The notes below the pieces were generated by a model. The model had not been told where the DNA came from. It saw nothing but the letters and a program-made list of their open reading frames with translations, and ran no database searches. The position numbers and the translations under genes were made by a program. Of a DNA stretch of 64,000 nt, positions 10,975 to 23,219 are shown in pieces; the first letter of the stretch is position 1, and every line of letters starts with the position of its first letter. Origin of the DNA: Felis catus (lineage: Eukaryota); contig NC_058379.1 of NCBI RefSeq assembly GCF_018350175.1, positions 13,330,001 to 13,394,000 of the forward strand. Reading direction: 5' to 3'.

Positions 10975-11610
10975 ATTATCTTAAGTCACTTTTTTTTGGA
11001 CGCTCACAACCCACCAGGCTTTGCACTAAAGGGCTTTGTGTGCATTAACTCATTCATTCTTTGCAGTCACCCTTCGAGACATGTTCTAGGATGTACCCAT
11101 TCTTCATGGGTTGAATTATATCCCCCCCTACATTCATAGGGTGAAGTCCTAATCCCCAGGACCTCTGTTGTTTGGAGGTTGGGTCACTGCAGGTATAACT
11201 AGCTAAGCTGAAGTCATTAGGGCGGGCCCTGCTCCAAGATGACTGATGTCCTTCCAGAAAGGGTAAATTTGGACACACACAGAGATGCACGCAGAGGGAA
11301 GAGAACAGAAAGATTTGCCAGGAGAGGACAGCTCCCGAACAGGCCCTTCCCGCCACTGCCCTCAGAAGGGAGCAACCTCGCCAACACTTTGATTTCCGAC
11401 TTCCGGCCTCCAGAACCGTGAGACAATACATGTCTGTGTTGAAGCCCCCCATTCTGTGGAATAAACAACGTTCCACAGTGACAAATCATGGCAGCCGTAG
11501 CAAACGAATACATTTCACAGACTAATGGCTGGGAAAGTTAAGTTAATTTCCCAGGCAGTGAGTCCAGCCCAGGTCTCTCTGGCCCTGAGCCCAGGGCCTT
11601 AACCATTATT
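10975..11610 (-). mobile_element. MIR split by an MLT1B
   Basis: TGCATTAACTCATT..CCCAT before 11100; TTTCACAGA..GTTAAG..CTTAACCA after 11513. Confidence 0.6.
11101..11512 (+). mobile_element. MLT1B MaLR LTR
   Basis: ATGGGTTGAATT..GAAGTCCTAA, GCCTCCAGAACCGTGAGACAATA, GGCAGCC.TAGCAAAC.AATACA. Confidence 0.85.
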
Positions 11611-12240
11611 CTCCAACGGATTGTATCCCTCAGCCGATGGGGAGCCAGAGAAAGTTTGAGTGGGAGAGTGAGCCCATCGGAACCATTCGAGCCCTGTTTT
11701 GGGGGGCCACCTCATCATTTTCAGAGGTGAAAATGTTCCTTTTTTGTGTCTGTCGCCAAATCTCTTTTATCCCAGGCTCACTGCCTCTGGCCTGGTTTCT
11801 AGGAGACAGGCAGAACCCCTCCCCTCCTGGAGTCTTCCTCGTAAAACCCCCCATGCGGACAAGAAGTAGGTAATTAAGTCTCTTCCTTTTTAGGACTCGT
11901 GGTCCCAGTCTTTGATCTTTCTTTCCTTCCTCTGCCCTGAAGCTTCCCCAGCTCCTGGAGGAGGTGTGGGCAGGGTGTGAGAATGGCTGGCCAAGGGTAA
12001 GTGTCTCGAGTACCCAGCACCGACCCAGGGCCAGGGGGATAAGAAGGGGCAGTGGTCCTGGTCTGACCTGCCGTGCGCCGTGTGGCCACAGTGAGCCCCG
12101 AATCCCCGTCCGCTGAGCGAGGGACCATGTTGCCTTCTCTGCTTCTTCTGTCCAGAACCACTGAATAGCTTGGAGACTCTATTTCCCAGACTTCAAAGGT
12201 CCAATGTGAACCTTGGAGCTACGTTTTTGGTTGAAAAGAA

Positions 12241-12296
12241 AGAGAGAGAGAGAGAGAGAGAGAGCAAGAGTGAGCAGAGAGACAGAGAGAGAGAGA
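12241..12296. repeat. (AG)n microsatellite
   Basis: 12 perfect AG units followed by degenerate units. Confidence 0.95.
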
Positions 12297-12699
12297 AGAA
12301 GAAGCTAGTTCTCCTATCTTTGAGTCATTACGGAGCTCCTCTCCCAGCCCTCCCCCCCCACCCCCGCCTGTGGCCTCCCCCCCACTCTTCATTCTTTATT
12401 CAGTTTGCAAGGCTGTTATTCCTGCCAAATGAGTCACTGATGTGGGAAAGTTAATTTATTTTGGCACGCTTCACCATTGCTGCGAGAAATGGAGACTCTA
12501 CCTACTACCGCAAAAGACACAAATTATTGTGATGATTCATTCATTCCTCCCGGCATTCATTCCTTCTCGGGGCACGTGACTGTTTCTTTTCGCGTTCACA
12601 CGTGGGCACCCTCACCTGCCGTCTTCTGTCTCCGGGAGTCGCTGCAAGGATTGATCCGGGTAACCCATGTGCACCCGCTCGTCTACGACGACTCAATAG

Positions 12700-12950
12700 C
12701 TAAGACTCGTCTCGTCGAACGTCGAACGCTTTCGCGTCAGGCTGCATGGCAGGTTTTGCACCTGCTTTGTGCTCACCTGCTTTTATTCCTAACACCACCC
12801 TCCGGGGCGGGGATGGGTATTGCCTTCGCGTCAGAGATGCGGAGGCTGAAGCCCAGAGGGGGTCAAGGTGACCTGGCCGCGGTCATTCCGCAGCTCATAA
12901 GCGGCCGAGGGAAGTCCAGGCCAGCTTCCTCTGATCATGACCCACATTTC
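12700..12950 (-). mobile_element. MIR (GC-shifted)
   Basis: AGATGCGGAGGCTGAAGCCCAGAGGGGGTCAAGGTGACCTGGCC core. Confidence 0.6.
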
Positions 12951-13435
12951 TAAGGTGCTGACCACGTGGCAGGCCCTGGCCTCAGAACTTGCCTCCCCTC
13001 TCCCATCCCATTATTCTTCCCACGGACCAGTGACGCGGGGGCTGGGATTCACATCTGTGTGTGCCAGGGGAGCCCAGTGAGGTTTGGACAAGGTGCCCGG
13101 GGAGGCATGGCTATTACACGGAGGAGCTGAGCGGAGAGCAGGCAGTCTGGGCTCCGAGGACGCTCTGTCTTCCTTGTGATCAGACGGCCTGGTACTTGGG
13201 TGTGAGCGCCCCATTCCTGTTGGCCACACTCGCCACCAGCACCGCGGACACACTCCTTCTGGTCCTGGGCGCAAAGACGCGGTGACAGAGACCATGCTGG
13301 GCACTCACCAAACGTCGCGACTTTATTCCCTGAGGCACACACGCGGATCCTGGCAGTTATCTGGCTTCATGTGCCTAAATTCTGAGCACTGGCAGGTCAC
13401 TTGCCGGCCCGGCCCTTTAAAAAGCCCATGGTTCT

Positions 13436-13640
13436 TGAGGCTAGGCGGCTCGGTCGGTGGAGCGTCCGACTTTGGCTCAGGTCATGATCCCGTGGTCCCT
13501 GAGTTCGAGCCCCGCGTCGGGCTCTGTGCTCACAGCTGGGAGCCTGGAGCCTAGTTTGGATTCTGTGTCCCCCCCTCTCCGCCCCTCCCCCACTCAGGCT
13601 CTGCCTGTCTCTCTCAAAACTAAATAAACATAAGAAACAA
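13436..13640 (+). mobile_element. CanSINE
   Basis: Diverged head, GAGCCCCGCGTCGGGCTCTG body, tail; outer TSD AAAGCCCA..TTCT. Confidence 0.9.
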
Positions 13641-13644
13641 ATGT

Positions 13645-13863
13645 TTTTAATTTTTTTTACATTTACGTGTTTTTGAGAAACAGAGTGAGACAAAGCGTGA
13701 GTGGGGGGAGGGGCAGAGGGAGAGGGAGACACAGAACCCGAAGTAGGCTCCAGGCTCCGAGCCGTGGGCCCAGAGCCCGACGCGGGGCTCGAACCCACGA
13801 ACCGTGAGATCATGACCTGAGCCGAAGTCGGATGCTCAGCCGACTGAGCCACCCAGGCGCCCC
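13645..13863 (-). mobile_element. CanSINE inserted in the tail of the previous SINE
   Basis: Ends CCAGGCGCCCC; TSD-like AAGAAA..AA.TTTTTA on both sides. Confidence 0.93.
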
Positions 13864-14098
13864 AAGAAAAAAAATTTTTAAAGCCCAGATTCTGCCAGAC
13901 ACCGAGGATCCCATGGAAGATTCTGAGACCTGAGGGGAGGGATGGTAGCACCACTGAACGGAAGATGCCTGGGTCCCCGAGTGACTGGTTGGAGCCAGGC
14001 TCCTTCCAAACTCCCAGCTCAGATGCACTGGGCTGTGATGAAAACCCCACCCCTACTGGGGTGCCCACTGAGACGAGGCTTTGTCACTAGCCTGCCCT

Positions 14099-14125
14099 CA
14101 CTCATCACACTCATCACACTCATCA
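14099..14125. repeat. (CACTCATCA)3 tandem repeat
   Basis: Three perfect 9-mers. Confidence 0.9.
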
Positions 14126-15013
14126 TATGATGTCTCATGTTTTTGACACAACGAAATTGTGGTTTAGGGTCTCCTTGGGAAAAGGCTCCCCTCCACCAGA
14201 ACTCAAGCTTCGTAAAGGTGGGATCCTCCCGGGGGCCAGTTCCAGAGATTCACACACAGTGGGTCTTCAGGAAATACTTGTGGGAGGGAAGCTGCCTGCT
14301 TGGTAATGTTTCAACAGAGTCTCACTCGTGCCACTTAATATCCATCCTTTCCCGACACTCACACCATCACCCCTCCCTCCTCCCCGCCACGTCACCAGTG
14401 CAGCGACATCTAGAACCTGCTTGTCCAGCCAGATGTCGGACGTCACTATACCAACACCGAGCTGACTTCGTTCCCTCCCCACTGGCGGTAAAATCCGGGA
14501 AAAGCCAACCCGTGTGGGCTCCAAGCTGCACACGCTATATTCAGATGTTTACAGAAAGCCAGTGCACAAGGATTTGCTCGAAAGCTAAATTTCCTCTCAG
14601 CCAAAGCCCAGAAATACCTTTTAAACCTTGAGCAAATAAGCCAGAGAAGAAGGCATTTTTCCCTATGACGGAGACTTCAGAGCCTGGAGATGCTCATCTT
14701 TCCAAGGAAGCAAGCTTGCTGCAAAAGCCCACACCCAGAAGGCTCTCTGAACTTGCCGTCTGGCCCCAGCGCGGGTGGGACGGTGTCACCCGTCCCAGGC
14801 CTGACTTCAGACTGGACTTGGGGGTAACCCTCAGAGGCACGTCTAAGTCCACTCGGAGAGAGAACATGGGCTCCAAATAAAATTAACACGGGCCACTGTT
14901 TTACAAAACTAAGCAACCGAACAAAACCCTTTCTCCGTGGAGTGTTGAAATGAGTGGGACGAACCTTGACCGCGAATTCGCCGGAACCATCACTGAGGTT
15001 GAGAAGGCTGGCT

Positions 15014-15235
15014 GACATGTATCGGGCGCTTCTATGTGCCGGGTGAGGGCTTTCTAAGGGAACCCTGTTGCATCCACACAACAAGCTCCGGACACAGAAA
15101 TGATCACGGTTCCTCTTTCACGGAGGCAGAAATGGACGCACAGGGAGGTTAAGTGACAGGCTCAGTTTCACAGAGCCAGTAGGTGGCTGTGCCAGGATCC
15201 TAAGTCAGCCCGGTCCCAGTTCAAAGCCCAGCTCG
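15014..15235 (-). mobile_element. MIR
   Basis: GCGCTTCTATGTGCC..CACAACAA..CACAGGGAGGTTAAGTGAC. Confidence 0.7.
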
Positions 15236-15789
15236 GCTTGGCTGTACTTCTTCCACTTCTCCAAGCATCTCAGGACAAAAATAGCGATGGTACCTATTTC
15301 ATAAATTTAAGCGAGATGATAAGATGTGAAAGTAGCTAAAACGTTCGCTTTTCTCCTTGCATTTCATCTTGTGTGTTGTTTTATTTAGAAGGCGGGACTC
15401 AGGCTGCTGGCTGCGGGAAGCAGAACTCTGCGAGCCGGGCGTCTGGGTGGGCGCGGGCGGGGCAGGGGGAGCCGTGGGCCAGGAGGCAGGCGGTAGGGGT
15501 GGGGGTGGGGGCTGAGCGAGTTGGCAGGGGTTGAGGCGGTGAGAAGAGGCAGCGGCAGGGCTTGGCACGGGGAGCAGGGAGACCTCCAAAGCCAGCAGCG
15601 TCACCAGTGAAAACAACATCTTAGATGTGGTCGCAAAGGCACCCCACCAGATTTGGGCCGCAAAGGCACCCCACCTTTATCCTTGCAGCGGGGAGAATGG
15701 TTTGGCTGAGCAAGAAGGAAGTCGGGAGGGAAGAAAGAAAGGCTGTGGGCTTCTGGGAAGGTCGGCTTGAGGGATGCTTGGGAGAAGGA

Positions 15790-16090
15790 AGGAGCCACGC
15801 TTCCTCCGGAGGCTCTGGAGGGAGGATCCCTTCTCCTATCCTCCAGCTTCTGGTGGCCGCAGGTGGCTTGTGGCCGCTTTAACTCCAATGTCTGTCTCTG
15901 TCTTTACATGGCCTCTCCCTTCTCCTTTTCTCTTCTAAGGTCATTCATCATCAGATTTAGGGACCCCCTTAACCCGGAATGATCTCCTCTTGAGATCCTT
16001 ACCTTTATTACATCTACAAGGGCCCATTTTTCAAATAGGGTCACCTCCACAGGGGGATGTATCTTTTGGGGGTTACCGTTCAGCCCGCTA
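15790..16090 (-). mobile_element. MLT1C-like LTR fragment
   Basis: GAGGCTCT..CCAGCTTCTGGTGGC, GATTTAGGG, TTGAGATCCTTA..TTACATCT. Confidence 0.8.
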
Positions 16091-16149
16091 AGGAAATAGA
16101 AGGATTCCCTTGCCCCCCCGCCCTTAAAACTCAACAATCACGAACGAGT

Positions 16150-16460
16150 TCAAATATAAACAAATACAGAATATAAAATAACAGTTATCTGTGTCCCCAG
16201 AATCCAAATTTAACAGATGTTAACATTTTTCCATAATTGCTCTGATCTCTGTCTTGGAAAAAAAAAATAATAAAACATTACAAACACCTTCCTTCTCCTC
16301 CTTCTCTCCTTCGAGATAACCACAGTCCTGAATTTTGTCTTTTGTTCTCGTACATGTTGTTACATTTCCACTGCATGGGTATGTAACGTTAAATAATTGA
16401 TAGTATTAGTTCGCGTGCGCTTTAAAATTTTTATATAAATGGTAGCACACTGCATTTATC
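16150..16460 (-). mobile_element. L1ME-like 3' end (resumes at ~24090)
   Basis: TTAACAGATGTTAACATTTT, GATAACCAC..CCTGAATTT, TTTATATAAATGGTA. Confidence 0.6.
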
Positions 16461-16984
16461 CTTTTAAAAATTAGCAGCTTTATAAAGATACAATTCACAC
16501 ATCAGAAAGCTCATCCTTGTCAAATGTACGAGTCGGTGCCTTTGAGTATGTTCACAGAACGGTGCGACCATCACCCCTGTCTAATTCCAGAACATTTTCA
16601 TCACCCCCCAAAGAAGCCCATATCTGTTTCCTCTCCCCTCAACCTCTGGCCAGCACTAATCCGCTTTCTGCCTCTATGAACTTGTCTATTCTAGACATTT
16701 CGTAAAATATATGTGGTCTTAGGGGACTGGTTTCTTTAATCTAGCCTCATGTTTTCAAGATTCGTCCATGTCGTAGCATGTATCAATATTTCGTTCCTTT
16801 TTATGGCCCCAGATAGTCCTTTGGTTTATGCCACAGTTTGTTTCTCCATTCATCGGTTGATGGACCTTCGGGTTGTTTCTGCTCTTCGGCTATCATGGAT
16901 AATGCTGCCATGAGCATTCACGTACAAGTTTTTGTGCGGACATTATGTTTCACGTCTCTTGGGTACATACTTAGGAGTGATCTT

Positions 16985-17650
16985 CTTTTTCTCTGTTTTT
17001 TAAAGTTTTTATTCAAATTCCAGTTAGTTCACACACACAGCGTACTGTTAGTCTCAGGTGTACAACATAGTGATTCAACAATTCCATACATTACCTGGTG
17101 CTCATCGCAACAAGTGCCCTCCTCAATCCCCATCATCCTTTTCACCCATCCCCCCCCACGCACCTCCCCTCTGGTAACCATCAGTTTGTTCTCTATACTT
17201 AAGAGTCTGTTTCTTGGTTTGCCTCTCTTTCTCTTTTGCCCCCTCCCTGCCCATTTGTGTCATTTCTTAAATTCCACATATGAGTGCAATCATATGGTAT
17301 TTGTCTTTGTCCGACGGACTTATTGCGCTTAGCGTTAGACTCTCTAGCTCCATCCATGTCGTTGCAGAGGGCAAGACTTCATTCTTTTTCATGGCTGAGT
17401 AATGTTCCATTGTATATGCATATATATCACCTCCATTATTCTGTCATCCATCAATGGACACTTGGGCTGTTTCCATAATTTGGCTATTACAGATAACGTT
17501 GCCATAAACACCGGGGTGCGTGTGCCCCTTTGACTTAGTATTTTTGTGTCCTTTGGGTGAATACCTAGTAGTGCAATTGCTGGATCCTAGGGTAGCTTTA
17601 TTTTTAACTTTTTGAGGACCCTCCATACCATCTTCCAGAGGAAGTCTGCA
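16985..17650 (-). mobile_element. Carnivore-specific L1 (L1_Carn-type), 5'-truncated
   Basis: AAATTCCAGTTAGTT..CAGGTGTACAACATAGTGATTCAACA..CAAGTGCCCTCCT 3'UTR; flanking repeat CTTAGGAGT at 16970 and 17654. Confidence 0.85.
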
Positions 17651-18459
17651 TTCCTTAGGAGTAGTATTACTGGGCCATATGGTAGCTCTCTGTTTAATTT
17701 TTGGGGAACTGCCCGTTTTCCAGAGTGGCTACAGTATTTCACTGTACCACCAGCAATGTTGAGGGTTCCAATCTCTCCCCATTCTTGTCAATACCTGTCA
17801 TCGGCTCTCTTTTTGATTATAGCCATCCGAGTGGGTTTGAAGCAGTCTCTCATTGAGGTTTAGATTCTCATTTTTCTGAGAGCTAATGATACTGGGCATC
17901 TTTTCCTGTGTGTATTTTCATTGGAGACATGGTCTATTCACATCCTCTGCCCACTTAAAAATTGGCATATTTTTTTTTTTTATTTTTGAGTTGTACGAGT
18001 TTTAAAAATATATTCGGGATACAAGTGCTTTATCAGATATACGATCTATAGATGTTTCCTCCCATTCTGTGGGAGCATGCACAAAAGTTTGAAATTTTGA
18101 TGAAGTTCAATTTATCTGTCTTTTTCTTTTGTCATTTTTGCTTTTTTTTTTTTTTTTGGAAACTTTCAAAGAAAATGTTGCCCAATCCAAGGTCCTGAAG
18201 CTTTATGCCTATGTTTTCTTCCAAAAATTTTAGTTTTAGCTCTGACATTTCACTCTTTGATCCATTTTGAGTTAATTTTCATATATGGCATGAAGTAGGG
18301 GTCTGGCTTCATTCTTCCGCATGTTGCCCCAGAACAACGGGTGGAAAAGACTATTCTTTTCCCACTGAATTGGCTTGGTACCTTTGTTGAAAATCCGTTG
18401 ACCACAAATGTCGGAGTTAAATTTGGGGCTCTCAATTATGTTTCATTGATCTATAATGT

Positions 18460-18639
18460 NNNNNNNNNNNNNNNNNNNNNNNNNNNNNNNNNNNNNNNNN
18501 NNNNNNNNNNNNNNNNNNNNNNNNNNNNNNNNNNNNNNNNNNNNNNNNNNNNNNNNNNNNNNNNNNNNNNNNNNNNNNNNNNNNNNNNNNNNNNNNNNNN
18601 NNNNNNNNNNNNNNNNNNNNNNNNNNNNNNNNNNNNNNN
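18460..18639. other. Assembly gap (N run)
   Basis: Ns. Confidence 1.
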
Positions 18640-18731
18640 ATGGAGGTGGGTTGGACCTGTAGATGAATTCGAGAGGCACTGCCAACTTAACAGTATTGTG
18701 TCCTCCAACCCATAATCATGCGATGTCTTTC

Positions 18732-18961
18732 TTTTTTTCTTATTTTTTTTAATTTTTTTTGATGTTTATTCATTTTTGAGAGAAAGACAAGAGCATGAGT
18801 GGGGGAGGGAGAGAGCGAGAGGGAGACACAGAATCCAAAGCAGGCTCCAGGCACTGAGATGCCAGCACAGAGCTCCATGTGGGGCTCAAACCCCCGAAAC
18901 TGCGAGATCATGACCTGAACCGAAGTCGGATGTTCAACCAACTGAGCCCCCCAGGTGCCCC
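18732..18961 (-). mobile_element. CanSINE
   Basis: TSD TCA.G.GATGTCTTTC. Confidence 0.93.
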
Positions 18962-19079
18962 TCACGGGATGTCTTTCAATTTATCTAGGCCTTCTTTAAT
19001 TTTTCAGTAATGTTTTATAGTTTTAAATATTTAAGTCTTGTAGTTTTGTTAACTGTATCCCTGAGTATTTTATGTTTAT

Positions 19080-19302
19080 TGTTTTTCTTTTAATTTTTTT
19101 TAATGTTTATTTATTTTTGAGACAGAGAGAGACAGAGCGTGAATGGGGGAGGGTCAGAGAGAGGGAGACACAGAATCCGAAGCAGGCTCCAGGCTCTGAG
19201 CTGTGAGCACAGAGCCCAAAGCGGAGCTCGAACTCACAGACCGTGAGATCATGACCTGAGCTGAAGTCAGACGCTCAACCGACTGAGCCACCCAGGCGCC
19301 CC
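19080..19302 (-). mobile_element. CanSINE
   Basis: Full length; TSD-like TATTTT(T)ATGTTT. Confidence 0.95.
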
Positions 19303-19831
19303 TATTTTTTATGTTTGTCGTAAATGGGATCGTTTTATTAATTTTATTTTCAGATGGTTTATTACTGACGTATAGAAATACAATTGATTTTTGTATGTTT
19401 GGTACTGCATCCTGCAACTCTGCCTAACTCATACTTAAGTCTGAATGGTTTTTTGTTTTCGTTGTTGCTGTTTGCATTTGTGGATTCTTTAGGATTTTTT
19501 ATATACAAGATCACGCCATTTGCAAATAGAGGCAGGTTTAGATCTTCCTTTCTATCTGGTTGCCTTTTATTTCTTTTTCTTGCTTAATTACCCTAGCTAA
19601 AACCTCCAGTGCAATGTTGAATAGAAGTGGCAAGAGTGGATAGCCTCGTCTTGCTTCTAATCTTGAGAGAAAGCATTCAGTCTCTCATCATTAAGTATGA
19701 TATCAGCTATGGATTTTCCATATATACAAGCCCTTCATCAGATTGTGGAAAATCCCTTCTATTCCTCATTTTTGAGTGTTATTTTTATTTTTTTTTTATC
19801 ATGAAAGGATGCTGGATTTTATCTTTTTTAA

Positions 19832-19940
19832 TTTTTTTTTTTTTTTTTTTAAGTAGGCTCCATGCCTGACATGGGGCTTGAACTCACGATCCCGAGATCA
19901 AGAATTACATGCTCTGCTGACTGAGCCAGCCAGGTGCCCC
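19832..19940 (-). mobile_element. Short CanSINE (no CT linker)
   Basis: poly-T, AGTAGGCTCCA..GAACTCACGA..CTGAGCCAGCCAGGTGCCCC. Confidence 0.85.
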
Positions 19941-20660
19941 TGCCCCGGTCAAATATTCTTTCTGCACCTATTGAAATTTTGCATCTATATTCATAAGAGA
20001 TATTGGTCTATAGTTTTCTTTTGATGTCTTGGTTTTGATATCACGGTAATGCTGGTCACAGAGGATGATTTGGGAGGTGTTCTCTCCTTTTGTATTTTTG
20101 GGAAGAGTGTCTAAAGAATCGGTGTTCGTTTTTCTTTAAATGTTAGGCAGAATTCACCAGTGAAGCCATCTGTGCCTGGGCTTTTCTTCGAAGGAAGTTT
20201 CTTTAATTACAAATTCAATCCTTTAAAATTTAATGAGGATTTTTCAATGGCCTAACATATGGTCTATCCTGGAGAATGTTCCATGTGCGCTCGAGAGGAA
20301 TGTTTTCTGCTCGTGTTGGGTGAAGTATTCTTTGCAGATCTGTGAGGATTGGTCGGTGAATAGTATAGTTCACGTCTTCTATTCTTTGTTAATCTTCTGC
20401 CTTATTGGAAGGAGAGCCTGGGAGTCTCCAACTCTTATTCTTGAATAGCTTCCTCCTTGCAGTTCTGTCAGTTTTTGCTTCGTGCATTTCGGAGCCGTGT
20501 TGTTACATATTTATAATGATTCTATCACCTTGACTGATGGACTGTTACCATCGTGAAATGTCCTTTGTCTCGAGTACAGTTATTGTCTTAATGTCAATTT
20601 TGTCTGATATTAGTATAGCTTTTCCAGTTCCTTTTTGGCTACTATTTGCATTGTATTTCT

Positions 20661-20725
20661 CTTCCTTCCTTCCTTCTTTCCTTCCTTCCTTCCTTCCTTC
20701 CTTCTTTCTTTCTTCTCTTTCTTTT
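20661..20725. repeat. (TTCC)n/(TTTC)n
   Basis: Seen directly. Confidence 0.9.
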
Positions 20726-21142
20726 TAACTTCTTTGTTTTTAAAATATCCCTACTATAGACAGTACACAGTTGGATTATTTTTTTAATTTGTTCTGCTCC
20801 TTTCAAATTTTTGATTGGAGGGTTTAGTTCACTTATGTTTAATATAGTTACTGATAGGCCAGGGCTTAATGTAATTATCGATAAGGTCTCTGGAATTTTG
20901 TCATTTGTTTCCTATGTGTCTATGTCTTGTTTTACCTCTATTCCTTTATTATTGCTTCCTTTAGTGTTAAATACTTTCCGGTGTACCATTTTTATACCCT
21001 TCTTCTATCTTTTACTGTATTTGGGGTGTGATTTTTCTTAGTGGTTGTCCTGGGGTTTATAAATATCATCTTAAGACAAAATTAATGCCAACTTGATTTC
21101 AACAGTAAACAAAAACTTTCCTCCAGTATAACTCTGATTCTT

Positions 21143-21361
21143 TTTTTAATTTTTTTTTCAACGTTTATTTGTTTTTGGGACAGAGAGAGACAGAGCATGA
21201 ATGGGGGAGGGGCAGAGAGAGAGGGAGACACAGAATCAGAAACAGGCTCCAGGCTCTGAGCCATCAGCCCAGAGCCCGACGCGGGGCTCGAACTCACGGA
21301 CCGCGAGATCGTGACCTGGCTGAAGTCGGACGCTTAACCGACTGCGCCACCCAGGCGCCCC
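21143..21361 (-). mobile_element. Young felid CanSINE
   Basis: Perfect TSD TATAACTCTGATTCTT at 21127 and 21362. Confidence 0.97.
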
Positions 21362-21444
21362 TATAACTCTGATTCTTAACCCCTTCTCTGTGCTATTGGT
21401 GTCTTACCATATAATACAAAGAAAAATTAGAGCTCTCATACATT

Positions 21445-21678
21445 TTTTAAAAAATTAAAAAAAAATTGTTTTTAACGTTTACTTATTTTTGAGCGACAGA
21501 GAGATACAGAGTATGAGCAGGGGAGGGGCAGAGAGAGAGGGAGACACAGAATCCGAAGCAGACTCCAGGCTCTGAGCTGTCCGCACAGAGCCCGACGCGG
21601 GGCTTGAACTCACAAACCAGGAGATCACGACCTGAGCTGAAGTCGGACGCTTAACCGACTGAGCCACCCAGGCGCCCC
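21445..21678 (-). mobile_element. CanSINE
   Basis: TSD GCTCTCA.A.ATT. Confidence 0.95.
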
Positions 21679-22994
21679 GCTCTCACATATTATAAGCCCA
21701 TCAGCACAGGTCTGTAGTAGTATTTTATGCAGTTGTCCTTTAAATAAGAAAGGACAAGAAAATATATCTCTGCCTTATTTTATATTTACCAGTGTGATTA
21801 CTTTTACCTGTGTTCTTTATTTCTATGTGTGGATTCAAGTTACTACCTACTGTCCTTTCAATTTATCTTGATGGACTCCCTTTAGGATTTCTTATAGGGT
21901 AGGTCTCCTGGCAAGAAATGTTCTTAGTTTTGGTTGTTTGTCACTTCCATCATTTCATCCTGGTTTTTGAAGGGCAGATTTACTGCGTATAGAATTCCTG
22001 GTTGGCTGGCTTTTCCATTCAGCCCCTTCAACGTCCCCTCCCACCGATTTCTAAACTCCACGGTTTCTGATGAGAAATTCACTGTTCATTTTATTGAGAC
22101 GATGAGTCACTTTTCTCAGCTTTTAAGATTCTCTCTTGGTCTTCTGCTTTTGACAGTTGAACCATCTATGACATAGCTGTGTCTAGATATGGATCTCTTG
22201 GAGTTTATCCTATTTGGAATTTGTTAAGCTTCTTGGATGTGCAGATTAATTTTTTTTTTTTTTTCAAAAATCAAATTTGTGATCTTCTCAGCCATGATTA
22301 GTCTTTAAATATTCCTCTACCCCATTCTCTCTCTTCTTTCCTTTTTGGACTTCCATTATACATATTTTGGTGTGTTTGATGGGATCCCACAGACCTCTGA
22401 GGCTCTGTCCATTGATCCTCATTCTTTTCTTTTCTCTTGGCTACTCAAACTGGATGCTCTCAATTGGCCTCTGTGTTCCAGTTGGCTAATTCTTTCTTCT
22501 GTCCGCTCATATCTGCTGTTGAGTTCCTTACTGAATTTTTCATTCTAATTCTTGCATTGCACTTTTCAAGTCCAGATTTTCTATTTGGTTCTTTTTGTAA
22601 GTGCCCTTTATTGATATCCCTATTTGGTAATACATCATCTCATACTGTCCTTTCATTCTTTGAACATATTTAAAATAGCTGATAAAAATCTTTGTCTAGT
22701 AAGTCCTATGTCTTGGTTCCCAAAGGGACTGGTTCTTGAGTATAGGCCAGGTATTCCTTTCCCCCCCCCCCAATGTCTTACTTTTTTTTTAAATTGAAAA
22801 CTAGAAATTCTTCGTGATCTATGGTGGCAGCTCTGTCAATTAGACTCCCCTCATCCCTGGCAACTTGTGCTGTTTCACTGTTTGCTAGTGATTTTCCTGG
22901 ACTAGACCTAGAAAGTCTTTATTCTTTGTTGTAGATAGCCACTGAAATCTCTGCTTGGTTAGTTTAGTGGTAACATTTTATTGGACAAGTAATT

Positions 22995-23219
22995 TCTTTT
23001 TTAAAAAAAATTTTTAATGTTTATTTATTTTTGAGAGAGAGAGAGAGATGGAGCATAGGCAGGGGAAGGGCAGAGAGGGAGGGAGACACAGCATCCCAAG
23101 CAGCTCCAGGCTCTGAGCCGTCAGCACAGAGCCCGACGCAGGGCTCGAACCCACGAGCCGTGAGATCATGACCCGAGCCGAAGTCGGACGCACAACCAAC
23201 TGAGCCACCCAGGCGCCCC
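22995..23219 (-). mobile_element. CanSINE
   Basis: TSD-like TGGACAA...TTT. Confidence 0.95.

Noticed and set aside
13397-14068. 223-aa ORF
   Set aside because: Runs through two SINEs; no domain-like content
15623-15675. Repeat-spacer-repeat patterns, including SINE TSD pairs, as CRISPR-like arrays
   Set aside because: Only two units, mammalian DNA and no cas genes; explained by local duplication or TSDs
17444-19417. L1 ORF2-like peptide fragments
   Set aside because: Frameshifted fossils of old L1s; not functional CDS
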